DNA of 64,000 nucleotides from Sphyrna mokarran (lineage: Eukaryota), in NCBI GenBank assembly GCA_024679065.1, contig JAGIQG010000027.1, positions 6,076,001-6,140,000 on the forward strand, in the 5' to 3' direction. The notes under the pieces were generated by a model, which was not told where the DNA came from, searched no databases, and saw nothing but the letters and a program-made list of their open reading frames with translations. Positions 63,127-64,000 of the stretch are shown here, in pieces. The position numbers and the translations under genes were made by a program. The number at the start of each line of letters is the position of its first letter. Within the stretch, counting starts at the first letter, position 1.

Positions 63127-63460
63127 CTGAGAGGAATGGATAGGGTGGACTCTCAGAGACTATTTCCCAGAGCTGAAATGGTCGCGATGAGAGGGCACAG
63201 ATTTAAGGTGCAGGGAAGCAAGTACAGAGGGGATGCTAGGGGAAAGTTTTTCACTGAGGGTGGTGAGTGAATGGAATCGGCTGCCGTCGGTCGTGGTCGA
63301 GGCGAACTCGCTGGGGTCTTTTAAAAGACTTCTGGATGAGTATATGGGATCCAATGGGATTGGGGGGTTATAGATAGGTCTATGGCTGGGTAGGTTTTGA
63401 TGTGTTCGGCACAACTTGTGGGCTGAAGGGCCTGTTTGTGCTGTAGTGTTCTATGTTCTA
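63127..63460 (+). mobile_element. CR1 3' fragment
   Basis: RGMDRVDSQRLFPRAEM..RGHRFKV plus the tail 'gggcctgtttgtgctgtagtgttctatgttcta'. Confidence 0.9.
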
Positions 63461-63670
63461 AACCTATGGGAGTGATTTTGAGCTTGCACTCTCCATCTGT
63501 GGGAATAGTGGCGTGGGCTCAAATTCTGGAGGATGGGATTCAAATTTCCGAGTTCCGATCTTCCTGGCACACCAATGGAGTGGCCTGAAAAGTGCTATGG
63601 GATTGCAGAAAGCTCATTTTAATAGATTAGCATATCATTAGTGAGCATTCTCTCTGGGGGTTTGAGCAGT

Positions 63671-63772
63671 GAGTTACGCATTTTACTATCAAATAAATTG
63701 GTTGGATTTAAAATTGGTGTTGTAAAACTTTACTGAGTTTACCCCAGTCCAACGCCGGCATCTCTACATCAC
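63671..63772 (+). mobile_element. Penelope-derived short insert with 12-bp TSD
   Basis: 'caaataaa..gttgga.tt.aa..tggtgttgt...accccagtccaacgccggcatctc' flanked by ggtttgagcagt at 63659-63670 and 63773-63784. Confidence 0.75.
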
Positions 63773-64000
63773 GGTTTGAGCAGTAACAGAATTTTCAGCA
63801 AGTGCCAGAGTGATTTACAACAGGTCTACAGAAGTATGATTCTGTAGTCTTCACTTCTTGGGGGGGATGTATCAGAGGTGAGCACAAAGGTAGCTGGGAC
63901 CCTCCACAGACTGCACTGTTTAAGGGGCATTGGAGAGAACTTGGGACATGATAGGTTCAATTTGGGGCTAGGGATGGGGTCCCAGAATTGCTATTTTGGG

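Noticed and set aside
1-64000. CRISPR array, operon or prokaryotic defence system
   Set aside because: No regularly spaced repeats or gene-dense coding. All RT-like ORFs are eukaryotic retroelement fragments.

Overview
This is eukaryotic, repeat-dense vertebrate DNA. The repeat repertoire (many CR1/HER1-type LINEs, HE1 V-SINEs, a DeuSINE, L2, Rex1, RTE, Penelope, Gypsy) points to a cartilaginous fish, most likely a shark (inference from repeat families). I recognise no intact host gene or intact transposon ORF. Nearly all ORF-track entries are decayed TE fragments or their antisense shadows, and the unique sequence between them looks like a large intron or intergenic DNA. Main points of interest: (1) a decayed retrovirus-type pol on the minus strand (~15.0-18.1 kb) with RT, tether, a second RNase H and integrase, whose motifs look loki/foamy-like; (2) three copies of a young CR1 subfamily whose 3' end contains a whole degenerate HE1-like SINE; (3) a tRNA-Cys(GCA) copy trapped at the junction of a 5'-inverted CR1; (4) repeated local inverted or templated duplications, including a ~440-bp and a ~300-bp inverted-repeat pair; (5) a Gypsy element with both LTRs and a tRNA-Leu PBS, expanded by nested insertions; (6) Penelope-derived short elements with decayed hammerhead cores and target-site duplications. 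All family calls come from motif recognition by eye, and boundaries and identities are approximate.
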